In this document: piece after piece, positions 36,741 through 46,213 of the stretch
Position numbering within the stretch: the first letter of the stretch is position 1
Layout: every line of letters starts with the position of its first letter
Source: Rubripirellula sp.
GTDB taxonomy: Bacteria > Planctomycetota > Planctomycetia > Pirellulales > Pirellulaceae
Direction: 5' to 3'
Length of the DNA: 64,000 nucleotides
Assembly (NCBI GenBank): GCA_965216875.1
Contig: OZ244207.1
Coordinates: 2,816,001 to 2,880,000, forward strand
Program-made: the position numbers and the translations under genes
The notes under the pieces: model-generated
What the model saw: only the letters and a program-made list of their open reading frames with translations
What the model was told of the DNA's origin: nothing
Database searches by the model: none

Positions 36741-36926
36741 TCAGCCCTTCCCTTTGGGCAGATTCAACACGACAAGCAGGACTGCGCCAACGAGAACGGA
36801 ACCGATCCTAAAAGCGAGTTGGGCATTGTTCACGGCCGGGCCCTTCAGAAAAAGAAAACCGCCAAAGACGATCATCATCAGCGGAATAAACCACCGCAGA
36901 TTCAAAGTGGGTTGTTCATCGGCCAT
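36741..36926 (-). CDS. Small two-helix membrane protein
   Basis: 61 aa with two hydrophobic helices; co-oriented with its neighbours. Confidence 0.6.
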   Translation of the reverse strand: MADEQPTLNLRWFIPLMMIVFGGFLFLKGPAVNNAQLAFRIGSVLVGAVLLVVLNLPKGKG

Positions 36927-37108
36927 CGCGTCATCAATCGCTTTTGTCGTGGAAAAGCTTGGATCGATCCAAGGACACGCTCGCCCGCAAGCAAGTCATC
37001 GTTGCCCATTTGCCGAACCTTTGATGCAGGGTTCGGCTCCTTCTACGAAAAGTTCCGGCCTTTCGACGGTTCCGTTTCGAGGCGTCCCATTCTATCACGA
37101 CTGAGCAG

Positions 37109-37639
37109 ATGACGATGCGACGACTCTACAACTACGTTGGTCCCAAATCGATCGCCGAGGCAGTGCGCAATCAGCGAGGCGGCGTTCGAATCGCGTCCTC
37201 TGACGATCTTTGCGACTGGCTCGACGATAACGCTGCGCAGACAATCTCCGGTCGCAAAGTTCCCCAATCAGCCCGAACCTGGGTGGCGACCTACACGATC
37301 AATCCCGATGGGTTCCTTTACCTCGCACCGCGTCAATCGGAGCATGTCGCCTGCGCCAAAGGTGGTCCGGTTCTGTCGGCCGGAGAATTGAGGATCGATA
37401 CCCAGCGAGTTGTGATCGAAGTGTCCAACCAATCGACCGGCTTCTGTCCCGAGCCAGAATCGTGGCCCGCGGTTGATGATGCGTTGGACCGCGCGTGCAT
37501 CCAACACCCATCCTCATTTACGACCGAGGTGATTTTTCGCCGTTGTCCAAGCTGCGAAAACCGAAACCTCGTCAAGGACGGTTGGTTCTACTGCGGTGTA
37601 TGCGATCACGCATTACCAGAGCAATGGAATTTCGCGTAG
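37109..37639 (+). CDS. Hypothetical protein with a C-terminal zinc ribbon
   Basis: SEHVACAKGGPVLSAGE...VSNQSTGFCP core; CPSC-x12-CGVC. Confidence 0.8.
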   Translation: MTMRRLYNYVGPKSIAEAVRNQRGGVRIASSDDLCDWLDDNAAQTISGRKVPQSARTWVATYTINPDGFLYLAPRQSEHVACAKGGPVLSAGELRIDTQRVVIEVSNQSTGFCPEPESWPAVDDALDRACIQHPSSFTTEVIFRRCPSCENRNLVKDGWFYCGVCDHALPEQWNFA

Positions 37640-37786
37640 CAAACGGCACTTGGCACCAAACAGCAGTTCCAGATCCTGTCTCCGACAATCTGTCGCAGTC
37701 GACTTTTCCTCTCGAAATCGTTACACCATCGGGATCGGAGACGTTGGTCGCAACCGAGCAAGCCGGGCTCTTGGAGAGGATTCAAA

Positions 37787-39430
37787 TTGACTGAGCGAAA
37801 ACAGATCGTTGTGGTAGGCGGAGTTGCAGGTGGAGCCTCAGCGGCGGCGAGAGCGCGCCGAGTTGACGCATCAGCAAACATCATTCTTATCGAACGCAGT
37901 CCCGACGTTTCCTTTGCCAACTGCGGCCTTCCGTATCACGTGGGTGGCGAAATTGCATCGCGCGATGACTTGTTGGTCGCAACCCCCGAACTGTTTCGCC
38001 GGCGGCTGGGCATCGATGTTCGCACCAACACGGAAGCAACCTCTATTAACGCCGAAGCAAAAGTGGTGCACGTCAAAAACGAGGATGGCGTTGAGGCAAT
38101 TGCCTACGACAAGTTGATCCTGTCACCAGGAGCTGAACCGCGGCACCCACCCTTTCTTGATCGTCCTCTCGACAATGTGACCACCCTGTGGTCACTCTCG
38201 GATATGGATCGCGTGATTGCAGAAGTCGCGGACAAGCCCGATGCAAGAACGGTTGTGATTGGCGGCGGTTTTGTGGGACTGGAAGTTGCCGAACAGTTTG
38301 CTCATCGCGGCCTACCCTGCACGCTGATCCAACGGGGCGATCAGGTACTTCAGACGATCGATGCCGAAATGGCGGCGCCACTTCATGCCGCACTCCGCGA
38401 AGGTGGTGTCGAGCTCCGTCTCGGCGCCGATGTCAAAGCTGTGAAAACCGATGGGGATCGTGCTGTTGCCCTTGACCTTGGCGGTGAAGAAATCGCAGCC
38501 GACGTCATCGTAGTGGCGATCGGCGTTCGCCCCCGCACGCAGCTTGCGGAAAGTGCAAACCTCGAAATCGGATCGTCGGGCGGCGTGAAAGTCGACCGTT
38601 TCATGCGCACAAGCGATCCAGACATCTTTGCCGTTGGCGATAGTGCCGAATATCAACACGCATTGCTCGGGCCTTCACTCGTCCCATTGGCTGGTCCAGC
38701 AAACCGTTCCGGGCGAATCGCGGGAACGGTTGCAGCGGGCGGTGCGTCACCTGAAATGATCGACGTTCTAGGGACGAGTGTCGTTCGCGTCTTTGACCTA
38801 ACTGCAGCGAGCACGGGATTGAACCAGCGACAATGCGAAGCGGCAGGACTATCGTCTCGAGCTGCCTACATCGTTGCTCACGATCACGCCTCGTATTTCC
38901 CCGGCGCTGCCCCCGTGACACTCAAGCTTGTCTACGACGGCGACGGCAGGATCTTGGGCGCACAAGGAGTCGGACGCAAAGGTGTCGATAAACGAATTGA
39001 CGTGATCGCGACTGCGCTCGGGCATGGCGGGACCGTCCGCACTCTCGCAGGTGTCGATCTCGCCTACGCTCCACCCTTCGGAAGTGCCAAAGATCCCGTG
39101 CACATGGCGGCCTTCGTTGCCAGCAATGACCTGGACGGCTTCCCCAAAACACTTGCTCCCAATAGCGACCTCACCGGATACCAAGTGGTTGATGTGCGCA
39201 CCGACAAAGAACGCGCGGAGTTGCCGATTCACGGTGCGGAGAATGTGCTCGCAATCCCCATCGATGACCTGATCGCAAACGCCGACCAAGTCGATTCGAG
39301 ATTACCAACCGTCGCGGTCTGTCACAGCGGAAAGCGCGCACACGTTGCCGCATCGATCTTGCAAAGCTCTGGTGTAAAGGACGTTTTCAATTTGACCGGC
39401 GGCGCGATGATGAGAAGTCGGTTCTTTTAA
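37787..39430 (+). CDS. CoA-disulfide reductase-like flavoprotein with a C-terminal rhodanese domain
   Basis: GGVAGG, SFANCGLPY, GGGFVGLE, IFAVGD and YAPPF; rhodanese region DVR...CHSGKR. Confidence 0.92.
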   Translation: MTERKQIVVVGGVAGGASAAARARRVDASANIILIERSPDVSFANCGLPYHVGGEIASRDDLLVATPELFRRRLGIDVRTNTEATSINAEAKVVHVKNEDGVEAIAYDKLILSPGAEPRHPPFLDRPLDNVTTLWSLSDMDRVIAEVADKPDARTVVIGGGFVGLEVAEQFAHRGLPCTLIQRGDQVLQTIDAEMAAPLHAALREGGVELRLGADVKAVKTDGDRAVALDLGGEEIAADVIVVAIGVRPRTQLAESANLEIGSSGGVKVDRFMRTSDPDIFAVGDSAEYQHALLGPSLVPLAGPANRSGRIAGTVAAGGASPEMIDVLGTSVVRVFDLTAASTGLNQRQCEAAGLSSRAAYIVAHDHASYFPGAAPVTLKLVYDGDGRILGAQGVGRKGVDKRIDVIATALGHGGTVRTLAGVDLAYAPPFGSAKDPVHMAAFVASNDLDGFPKTLAPNSDLTGYQVVDVRTDKERAELPIHGAENVLAIPIDDLIANADQVDSRLPTVAVCHSGKRAHVAASILQSSGVKDVFNLTGGAMMRSRFF

Positions 39431-39635
39431 TCCCCGTCCGTGCATCGGATCAACACCAAGCAATCGAGATTGAGAGAGCACAGTATTCAGAGCTCACGAC
39501 ACCGGTCGACTCTCGCATCGAGTACGCTGTCAGATTGGAATACCCAAACGGGGCGGTTTGGATTAACGTTGTCTCAACGCGGCCCCTTCCGATTTCTCCG
39601 CAAACAGAAGACTCGATTTTCAGGCCAACACCCGA

Positions 39636-40406
39636 ATGAGTGAATCTCGCCTAAGCGTCCTTGTGCCCGCGTTCAATGAGGAAAAGACGATCGGTGAAGT
39701 GTTGGGCAAACTCTTGGACTTGGGCGATCTCTTGCATGAAGTGATCGTCATCAACGACGGGTCGACCGATCGCACCTCGGACGTTGTGCGTCAGCACATC
39801 GAAACCGACTCCCGCATCCGGCTGATTGAACTTGAAAAGAACTCGGGAAAAACGGCAGCGATCCGGCGCGGCATTGCTGAGTTCACCGGTGAAATCATGA
39901 TCGTCCAAGACGCCGATTTGGAGTATGACCCAGCGGAAATCGGCGGAGTGATTGATCCAATCCTCTCGGGTCACGCTGACGTTGTGTATGGCAGTCGCTT
40001 CCTCGTCAGACGCGCCACGCGCGTCCTCTATTTCTACCACTACCTTGCCAACAAGAGCCTGACGTTTCTGTCGAACTTGCTCACCAATCGAAACATGACG
40101 GACATCGAAACATGCTACAAAGCATTTCGCAGTGAGGTAATCAAGCCGTTGGAACTCACGAGCAAGGGCTTTGGCATGGAAGTCGAGATTACAGCACTTG
40201 TGTGTAAGACCCACGCTCGAACGTACGAAGTACCGATCTCGTATCACGGACGCACTTACGACGAAGGGAAGAAGATCGGCATGAGTGACGGAATTGCCGC
40301 CCTCTGGTACATCTTCTACTACAACGTGATCGGTTCGCGAACGCGACGAGGCAAGCGGTACATCCAAACGGTCAACGAAAACCTAGGCAGCGACCGCGAT
40401 CACTAG
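39636..40406 (+). CDS. Glycosyltransferase family 2 (polyprenol-phosphate glycosyltransferase-like)
   Basis: Motifs VPAFNEE, NDGSTD, QDADLEYDP, VVYGSRF, TDIETCYK and EVPISY. Confidence 0.93.
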   Translation: MSESRLSVLVPAFNEEKTIGEVLGKLLDLGDLLHEVIVINDGSTDRTSDVVRQHIETDSRIRLIELEKNSGKTAAIRRGIAEFTGEIMIVQDADLEYDPAEIGGVIDPILSGHADVVYGSRFLVRRATRVLYFYHYLANKSLTFLSNLLTNRNMTDIETCYKAFRSEVIKPLELTSKGFGMEVEITALVCKTHARTYEVPISYHGRTYDEGKKIGMSDGIAALWYIFYYNVIGSRTRRGKRYIQTVNENLGSDRDH

Positions 40407-40410
40407 TCCG

Positions 40411-41316
40411 CTAGCCACCACGTCCAAACTCTTGGCAAAACGCGTCCCCAGTGACAAAGAAACGCTCGCACGCGATCTGCATCGCTGACCGATGAATCTC
40501 ATCCTGAACCATCTCGCAGGCGTCAAGGAAGCGTTGTGAGTCTCGGCGAATCAACTCGCCACGGATCTTGATCACCTTGCCCCGTAAGACCTCAATGTCT
40601 TGTGCTTGCCCCAGCAATTCCCCCAACGCGTTGCATTGGTTGAGGTGCGTCTCAAGACGCTCATTCGATGGGTTGTTCCTGTTGTTCAAAAAGAGCCCTT
40701 GATAGCGGTGCGCTTTAACAGCCTTGCGCAGATCATGGAACAATTCCGTATCGCCTTGCAGGATCATCGAAACAGCACTTCGAACCTGATCGTACTGCGC
40801 AGCCAACGACTCGAAACGAATCTTTGTCTTGCGATTGAAACGGACTGATCGAAGTTGTGCTATCGCGGATTCGAATTGACGCCGTGCCGTTGCGGCAGAG
40901 AGCTTGCACTGTTCGTTTGGCTTGTAAGAATCCAGTGGAACTCGCACCACGCGACAAACGCGTTTGATCGTTGCCGGCTTGAGTGCGGTGAGCGGATGAT
41001 TGGCGACCACATCGAAAGCGGAATCAATCACCTGTGAGTCACGCAAACTCGATAGCCTCTTGGCCGCAGCTCGAACTCGGCGCGAACACTTCCTTGCCTC
41101 TTTGTGGTCGCCCGAATCGGTCAGTTTCAGAAGTGCCCGGATCCTTTTGCACCGCTTGCGAATCTGATGTATCCGCTCGTCGTCCGATGATCGAATCGCC
41201 TTCGCTTCCGAATGCGCCTTTTCGAGTTGTCGCAGAACTTCGTTGTGAAGGTCACCCTGATTCAAGCGACTTTGCTTGATCTTCCGACCGCGTTTCGACT
41301 TCGATTCACGCCGCAA
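40411..41316 (-). CDS. CHAD domain protein
   Basis: Motifs IHQIRKRCKRIRALL, LSSLRD, FHDLRKAVKAHRY and LGELLGQAQD. Confidence 0.88.
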   Translation of the reverse strand: MRRESKSKRGRKIKQSRLNQGDLHNEVLRQLEKAHSEAKAIRSSDDERIHQIRKRCKRIRALLKLTDSGDHKEARKCSRRVRAAAKRLSSLRDSQVIDSAFDVVANHPLTALKPATIKRVCRVVRVPLDSYKPNEQCKLSAATARRQFESAIAQLRSVRFNRKTKIRFESLAAQYDQVRSAVSMILQGDTELFHDLRKAVKAHRYQGLFLNNRNNPSNERLETHLNQCNALGELLGQAQDIEVLRGKVIKIRGELIRRDSQRFLDACEMVQDEIHRSAMQIACERFFVTGDAFCQEFGRGG

Positions 41317-41409
41317 CTCACACCTCCTCTCACCCCAACATGCGCCACGTGCATTCTAGCTGGGATTCATCGACGGCGTTTCTGAGAGAGCGTCTCCGGC
41401 ATAAGGCTT

Positions 41410-44400
41410 TCAGCCCAGCTGATGTGTCAGATCAAAATCTGGATCGAGCCAAACATCATTGACGACCTTGTCGATAGCCTCAGGTGCCATGACACTGACC
41501 TGTTCGGCTTGCGGAACCGGCTCGCGGCCTAAATGATTGATGATCGTCAATGCGTCCAACGCCGAAACCCGTCCATCTTGGTTGACGTCAAAGGTCGCAA
41601 TGAGGTCTTCGATCAAGTCCGAGTCACCACCTGCGAGACTTAGACGCCCCAAGAGGTTGATGACAACGAGGGCGTCGCGCGCCGTCACGCGCAGATCACC
41701 CGTAACGTCTAACGGGACTTGTTGAGCATGGTTGGAATCTGGCACACGACGAATCCCGGGCGAGAGTTCGTCGTTCATCACATCGTTTGCTGCATCGCCA
41801 TGCGGCAGATTGAGCAGGTGCCCGAATTCATGAATCAACACGGTGAGCGCATCAACGTGAGCTTGACTCGTTGGCTGTGATGCTTCGAAAAGTAACGGTA
41901 GTGAAGTGGAATTGAACTCTTCGTTTGCATTGGGTGTTGCATCGATGAACCAACCATGCCCTGCTGCATCGTGATCGATAACGATCGTCGTTCCCAGGGC
42001 GCGCCCGATCGCCCGCCCGGGCAAATCAGCCACGTGAACTCGAGCTCGCTGTAAACGCGCGACCGCTTCGTCACTGATGCCCGTCCCCGCCCAGTAGGCA
42101 ATGGCGCTCTCAACGACGTCATCCAGCGAGTCTCGCGAAATCACTTCGCCGCCGAATCCCATTTGAGGCGTCACCAGCATTTCGCTATCCGCTTCCAGTT
42201 GCACCGTGTTGCTCTTCTGCCGACCGAGTGTCATCTGGAACGCTTGGACCAAGATAAAGTCATCAAGCTCGTCAGCTGAAATATCCAACACGCCCGACGC
42301 GATCCCATTGGAATCGGCAATCACAATCGCAACGACTTCCGCGTCGGCGATGTCTACGGTCACACCGTAATCGTCGAACGTCGTTGTTCCGCGTTGACTC
42401 CCGCGAACCAGTGCCGTGAAGGTGCCTGGCGAGGCGCAGCTGAAGGAAACCTGGTTCAATCCCTCGACGATCGGGCTTGCCGTCAAACACGTCCCGATCG
42501 AAAGCGCGAATTGGTCGTCTTCGCCACTGACACCGTTGCCAGGTCGTGAATCGGGATCGCTTTGATCCACTGCCGTCACTTCCGCAGTGTTGGTGATCGT
42601 GTCGCTCGAATCGACCGTCGCCGTGATCGTCAACGTCGCCGTTTGCCCGGCTGGAAGATTCCCAACAAACCAAATGCCGTCCAAGTCGTCGTATTCACCT
42701 TGTGTCACGGTGGAGCGATCGAAGATCAACTCAAACGGCAGGAAGTCGGTCACTTCGATGTTGGTCGCTTGATCTGGTCCATCGTTAGATAACGCAATGG
42801 TGAAAATGACGTCTTCGCCGAGTTCCGGATTCGGGTTGCTGACCGCTTGGGTCAACGAAAGATCGGCGACCTGGGGTGGTGGCGCCCCGATGGTTGCCAA
42901 AAAGTCTTCTACCTCGCCGTCAGGTGCTTCGCCGCGCGGCGTTAGCCCGGCTTGCGTGCTCAAACGCACGCGAATGAATGTCGTCCCCGAAGGTGTTGTT
43001 GAGGCAAGCGTCACGTTTTCGAGCGACGTCGATGCAACACCCGCGGGAACAGCGACATCGGTCAAAATCTGTTCACCAAAGTCATTCCAATCGCCGTCGA
43101 GATTCAAATCGATCCAAGCGCTGAGCAAGGCACCCGACGTGCCGCCATCGTGAGCGATCGAGAATCCAGCGAGTGATTCACCTGGAGTGAAAACCAACGA
43201 CTGGTTTCCAAAGGCATCCTCGTCGTCCAAACCTCCCGCATCATCACCACCAGCCGATGAATTGGTTTGTCCGTCCGGTTCCGCATCGGGTGTGACCGTG
43301 CCAAGCTTCGGCCCACCATTGCTGACAACGTGCCTCGCGCCGTCGCTAGCGAGACGCGTAGGGTAACGTCGCAGTTGACCACCGACGGTGATCGATTCAG
43401 GAGCATCGCCGAAATCGAGCGTTGCCGCCTGCTGACCAATTTCCACCGCCCCAATGTCGGTTCCGTCTGCGGCGTTATCGATGTTGACGTTGTCGATGGT
43501 ACGTGCGAAAGCGCTGCCGCGTTGATCGCTGGCAAGGCTTTGACCGTTGCTGCCTTGGTCGATCGCAGGACTTGTTGCCGATAGCGAATGCGTCTCGACC
43601 TGACCGCCGTTGTCAGTCAATTCGCCAAGCAGAGGGTCATCACCGACGAGGTTGTTGTTGACTCCATCGACAACCCCATGACCGTCCGTGCTTTGAAGCA
43701 AGCTAAACGATGCAGTGGTTTGGTCCGACGAGAGGTCGTTACCCAATCCGCTAGCTGTATTGCCCGCAACGATCGTGCTACGCAAAGTGACCGCGGCGCC
43801 CGAGGATGCAGCGTTTCGAATGCCGCCTCCATCGCCTGCGGTTGTGCTGTTGTTGGCGACGGTTGAGTTATGAATCGTTGCTGACGCATTGCTTTGCGGT
43901 GATGCTTCGTTGTGAATGCCACCGCCGCTAGCGCCAGCGGTGTTGCCAGAGACAGTGCTGTTTCGAATCGTCAAGTTCGCAGCGACCGAATCGGCATAGT
44001 AGTAGACGCTTTGGTTGGCGATCGCACCGCCAGTTGTCGCGGTATTGCCCGACAGGGTGCTGCGAACGATCGTTGTCGAAACGACCGCATCGTAGCTTCG
44101 ACTGCTAATACCGCCGCCCGTGTTCGCTTGGTTGGCCGAGATGGTTGTGTCGGTTACCTCGATCGACGCGGGATCGTAGTTCGCATAGTTTGCGATCCCG
44201 CCACCACGTGTTGTTGTGACATCACCGTTTCCGGTGATCACTGAACTTCGAATCCGAACCGTCGCGTTGTAGTTGCTAACACCCGCTCCGAACGGAGCGA
44301 CGTTGCCTGTGATCAAGCTGTCGTTGATCGTCAGTTCGCCTTCGTTGCGAATCCCACCGCCGCTACCCTCAACCGGATCGTCGTCAACGCCGATCAATCC

Positions 44401-44865
44401 GCCTCGTACGGTAACGCCGTTGATCGTCAAAGAACTGCGTACGACGTCGATCACGCGATCCAGGCCGCCGCCATCGATCACCGTGGATCCCGAGCCGGCG
44501 CCCTGCAGGATCGCCGCATCTGAAAAGTCGAGGTCACCACTGCGCGACTGTTGATCGTCTGTGCCGGAAATGGTCAGCACGTAGTTGCCCGCCGGAACCA
44601 CGATCTGGTCTGGGCCGTCCACATTGGTCAATGCGTTGGCTTCTTGAATCGCGGCGCGCAGACTGCATGCTCCGCCCGCGCTGATCTCGCAAACACCATC
44701 GCCCGGATTCAGGTCGACGGCATCATCGGTCGTGTTGACCGTCAACGTCGCCAGCAGTCGCCGCGTTTCGAGCGATTCAAGCCGCAGACGCTTCTTGCGG
44801 CGCTGATCACGACGGCGTTTTTCGCCACGTGCAGAGCTCATCGATCGAACGCGTCGGTGGGGCAT
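41410..44865 (-). CDS. Large exported protein: export motif, CSLREA-like motif and beta-helix, choice-of-anchor-Q-like, GEVED-like, DUF11-like, zinc-peptidase-like and dockerin-like domains
   Basis: RLRLESLETRRLLA, CSLRAAIQEAN, GGGI repeats, SPAIDQG...DIGAVE, DFGDAP...GEVEDF, ADLSLT...NDGPDQAT, HEFGHLLNLPH, DVNQDGRVSALDALTIIN. Start uncertain (44841-44946). Confidence 0.87.
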   Translation of the reverse strand: MPHRRVRSMSSARGEKRRRDQRRKKRLRLESLETRRLLATLTVNTTDDAVDLNPGDGVCEISAGGACSLRAAIQEANALTNVDGPDQIVVPAGNYVLTISGTDDQQSRSGDLDFSDAAILQGAGSGSTVIDGGGLDRVIDVVRSSLTINGVTVRGGLIGVDDDPVEGSGGGIRNEGELTINDSLITGNVAPFGAGVSNYNATVRIRSSVITGNGDVTTTRGGGIANYANYDPASIEVTDTTISANQANTGGGISSRSYDAVVSTTIVRSTLSGNTATTGGAIANQSVYYYADSVAANLTIRNSTVSGNTAGASGGGIHNEASPQSNASATIHNSTVANNSTTAGDGGGIRNAASSGAAVTLRSTIVAGNTASGLGNDLSSDQTTASFSLLQSTDGHGVVDGVNNNLVGDDPLLGELTDNGGQVETHSLSATSPAIDQGSNGQSLASDQRGSAFARTIDNVNIDNAADGTDIGAVEIGQQAATLDFGDAPESITVGGQLRRYPTRLASDGARHVVSNGGPKLGTVTPDAEPDGQTNSSAGGDDAGGLDDEDAFGNQSLVFTPGESLAGFSIAHDGGTSGALLSAWIDLNLDGDWNDFGEQILTDVAVPAGVASTSLENVTLASTTPSGTTFIRVRLSTQAGLTPRGEAPDGEVEDFLATIGAPPPQVADLSLTQAVSNPNPELGEDVIFTIALSNDGPDQATNIEVTDFLPFELIFDRSTVTQGEYDDLDGIWFVGNLPAGQTATLTITATVDSSDTITNTAEVTAVDQSDPDSRPGNGVSGEDDQFALSIGTCLTASPIVEGLNQVSFSCASPGTFTALVRGSQRGTTTFDDYGVTVDIADAEVVAIVIADSNGIASGVLDISADELDDFILVQAFQMTLGRQKSNTVQLEADSEMLVTPQMGFGGEVISRDSLDDVVESAIAYWAGTGISDEAVARLQRARVHVADLPGRAIGRALGTTIVIDHDAAGHGWFIDATPNANEEFNSTSLPLLFEASQPTSQAHVDALTVLIHEFGHLLNLPHGDAANDVMNDELSPGIRRVPDSNHAQQVPLDVTGDLRVTARDALVVINLLGRLSLAGGDSDLIEDLIATFDVNQDGRVSALDALTIINHLGREPVPQAEQVSVMAPEAIDKVVNDVWLDPDFDLTHQLG

Positions 44866-45145
44866 GGAACGGCCAAATGGGGAAAAGGGCCCGAAAAGTG
44901 GGTGGTGGAAGCCTGTTTGACGCGCGCCGAACTCGAATGGTTTCACGCTGCGATCGAGGCAGGACTCATCTTAGTCCGCATTTGCCCCTTTTCAGCCGCA
45001 TTTGCTCCGAACTCACCCTCGGCAAACTAGGGGGCCTGGGTGGATTTTGAGGGTTGCTTTGCCCCTGACAATTATTCCGGTTATTCCTGCCGATTTATGG
45101 AGGTAAGCCGTCACCTGACGCTCCAATCGCCAGAGATCCCGATCT

Positions 45146-46183
45146 GTGTCACGCCAACAACCACACCGCCGAATCGAGCCGACTGCAACCGCGGTGCGCT
45201 TCTTCGCGCTGATGGTGATGCTGATCGGTCCGATTGCGGCTGTTGGGCAAACGTCAGCTTGGGGGCAATCTCACTCGGAGTGCGTGGCGGTACCAACGCC
45301 CAACCATCACGACGCGATTTGCGAAGCGCTGCGCCCGCGTCTCCGCGTCGATGCCAACTTCGTGGCTTTTGATCGAATCACAGCTTCTTCGCGGTTGCTG
45401 ATGCAAAGCACGGTCAACACCGCTGCGCAAGTCAATGCCGATCAATTCAATTTCGACTTTGAGGCCGGCCTCGATTTGTCCGCAGCCTACGTTTGCTGGG
45501 ACGACAGCGTCTGGGAATTCCGCTTCCTCGGGCTCGGCGAAATGACGGCCGAGTCGAGCACTGACATGGGGAACTCTCAGGTCCAAGTCAATTCGACGCC
45601 CCCGGTTCAGGCACCCAACGTGTTGCTTGTTAACTCAAGGTATGAGTCGGAACTGTTTGGATTCGAAATCAACTACCACTATCCGTTGTACCACTGCGCG
45701 ACCGCACTGGTTGGTTTCCGCTTCATGTCGCTCGAAGATCGCTTGGAAAACGACCTGACTTCGGTTCCACAGTCACACTTGTACAACATTCGGACTCAGA
45801 ATCGGATGTACGGTGGGCAGCTTGGTTTGATCGGCCACCCCTGGTTCTTCAACGATTTCTGTTCGCTGCAAGGATTCGGCAAAGTTGGCATCTTTGGCAA
45901 CGATGCGAGACATCAAAGCCTATTCAGCACCAATGTTTCATCACTTGGGATACGCGAATCCGTTGGTCAATCGTCCGTGATTGGCGAAATTGGCTTTCGC
46001 GGCCAGTTCCATTTCAGCCGTCGATTCTCGGCCCACGCAGGATACAGCCTTCTGTTCCTCGAACGCATTGTGGTCGCAAGCGATCAGACGTCGGTGAGTG
46101 ACTTCTTCAACAGCACTGGCATTCATGATCGAGGTTCAGCGGTCTTTCACGGCGCGAGTTTCGGTGTTGTGTTCACCCACTGA
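45146..46183 (+). CDS. Putative outer-membrane beta-barrel protein (BBP7-like)
   Basis: Signal-like N-terminus; alternating beta-strands; TQNRMYGGQLG, GKVGIFGN, AGYSLLFL; C-terminal HGASFGVVFTH. Confidence 0.72.
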   Translation: MSRQQPHRRIEPTATAVRFFALMVMLIGPIAAVGQTSAWGQSHSECVAVPTPNHHDAICEALRPRLRVDANFVAFDRITASSRLLMQSTVNTAAQVNADQFNFDFEAGLDLSAAYVCWDDSVWEFRFLGLGEMTAESSTDMGNSQVQVNSTPPVQAPNVLLVNSRYESELFGFEINYHYPLYHCATALVGFRFMSLEDRLENDLTSVPQSHLYNIRTQNRMYGGQLGLIGHPWFFNDFCSLQGFGKVGIFGNDARHQSLFSTNVSSLGIRESVGQSSVIGEIGFRGQFHFSRRFSAHAGYSLLFLERIVVASDQTSVSDFFNSTGIHDRGSAVFHGASFGVVFTH

Positions 46184-46213
46184 TCCTGCCAGCTCAGCCC
46201 TACAGCTCAGCCG

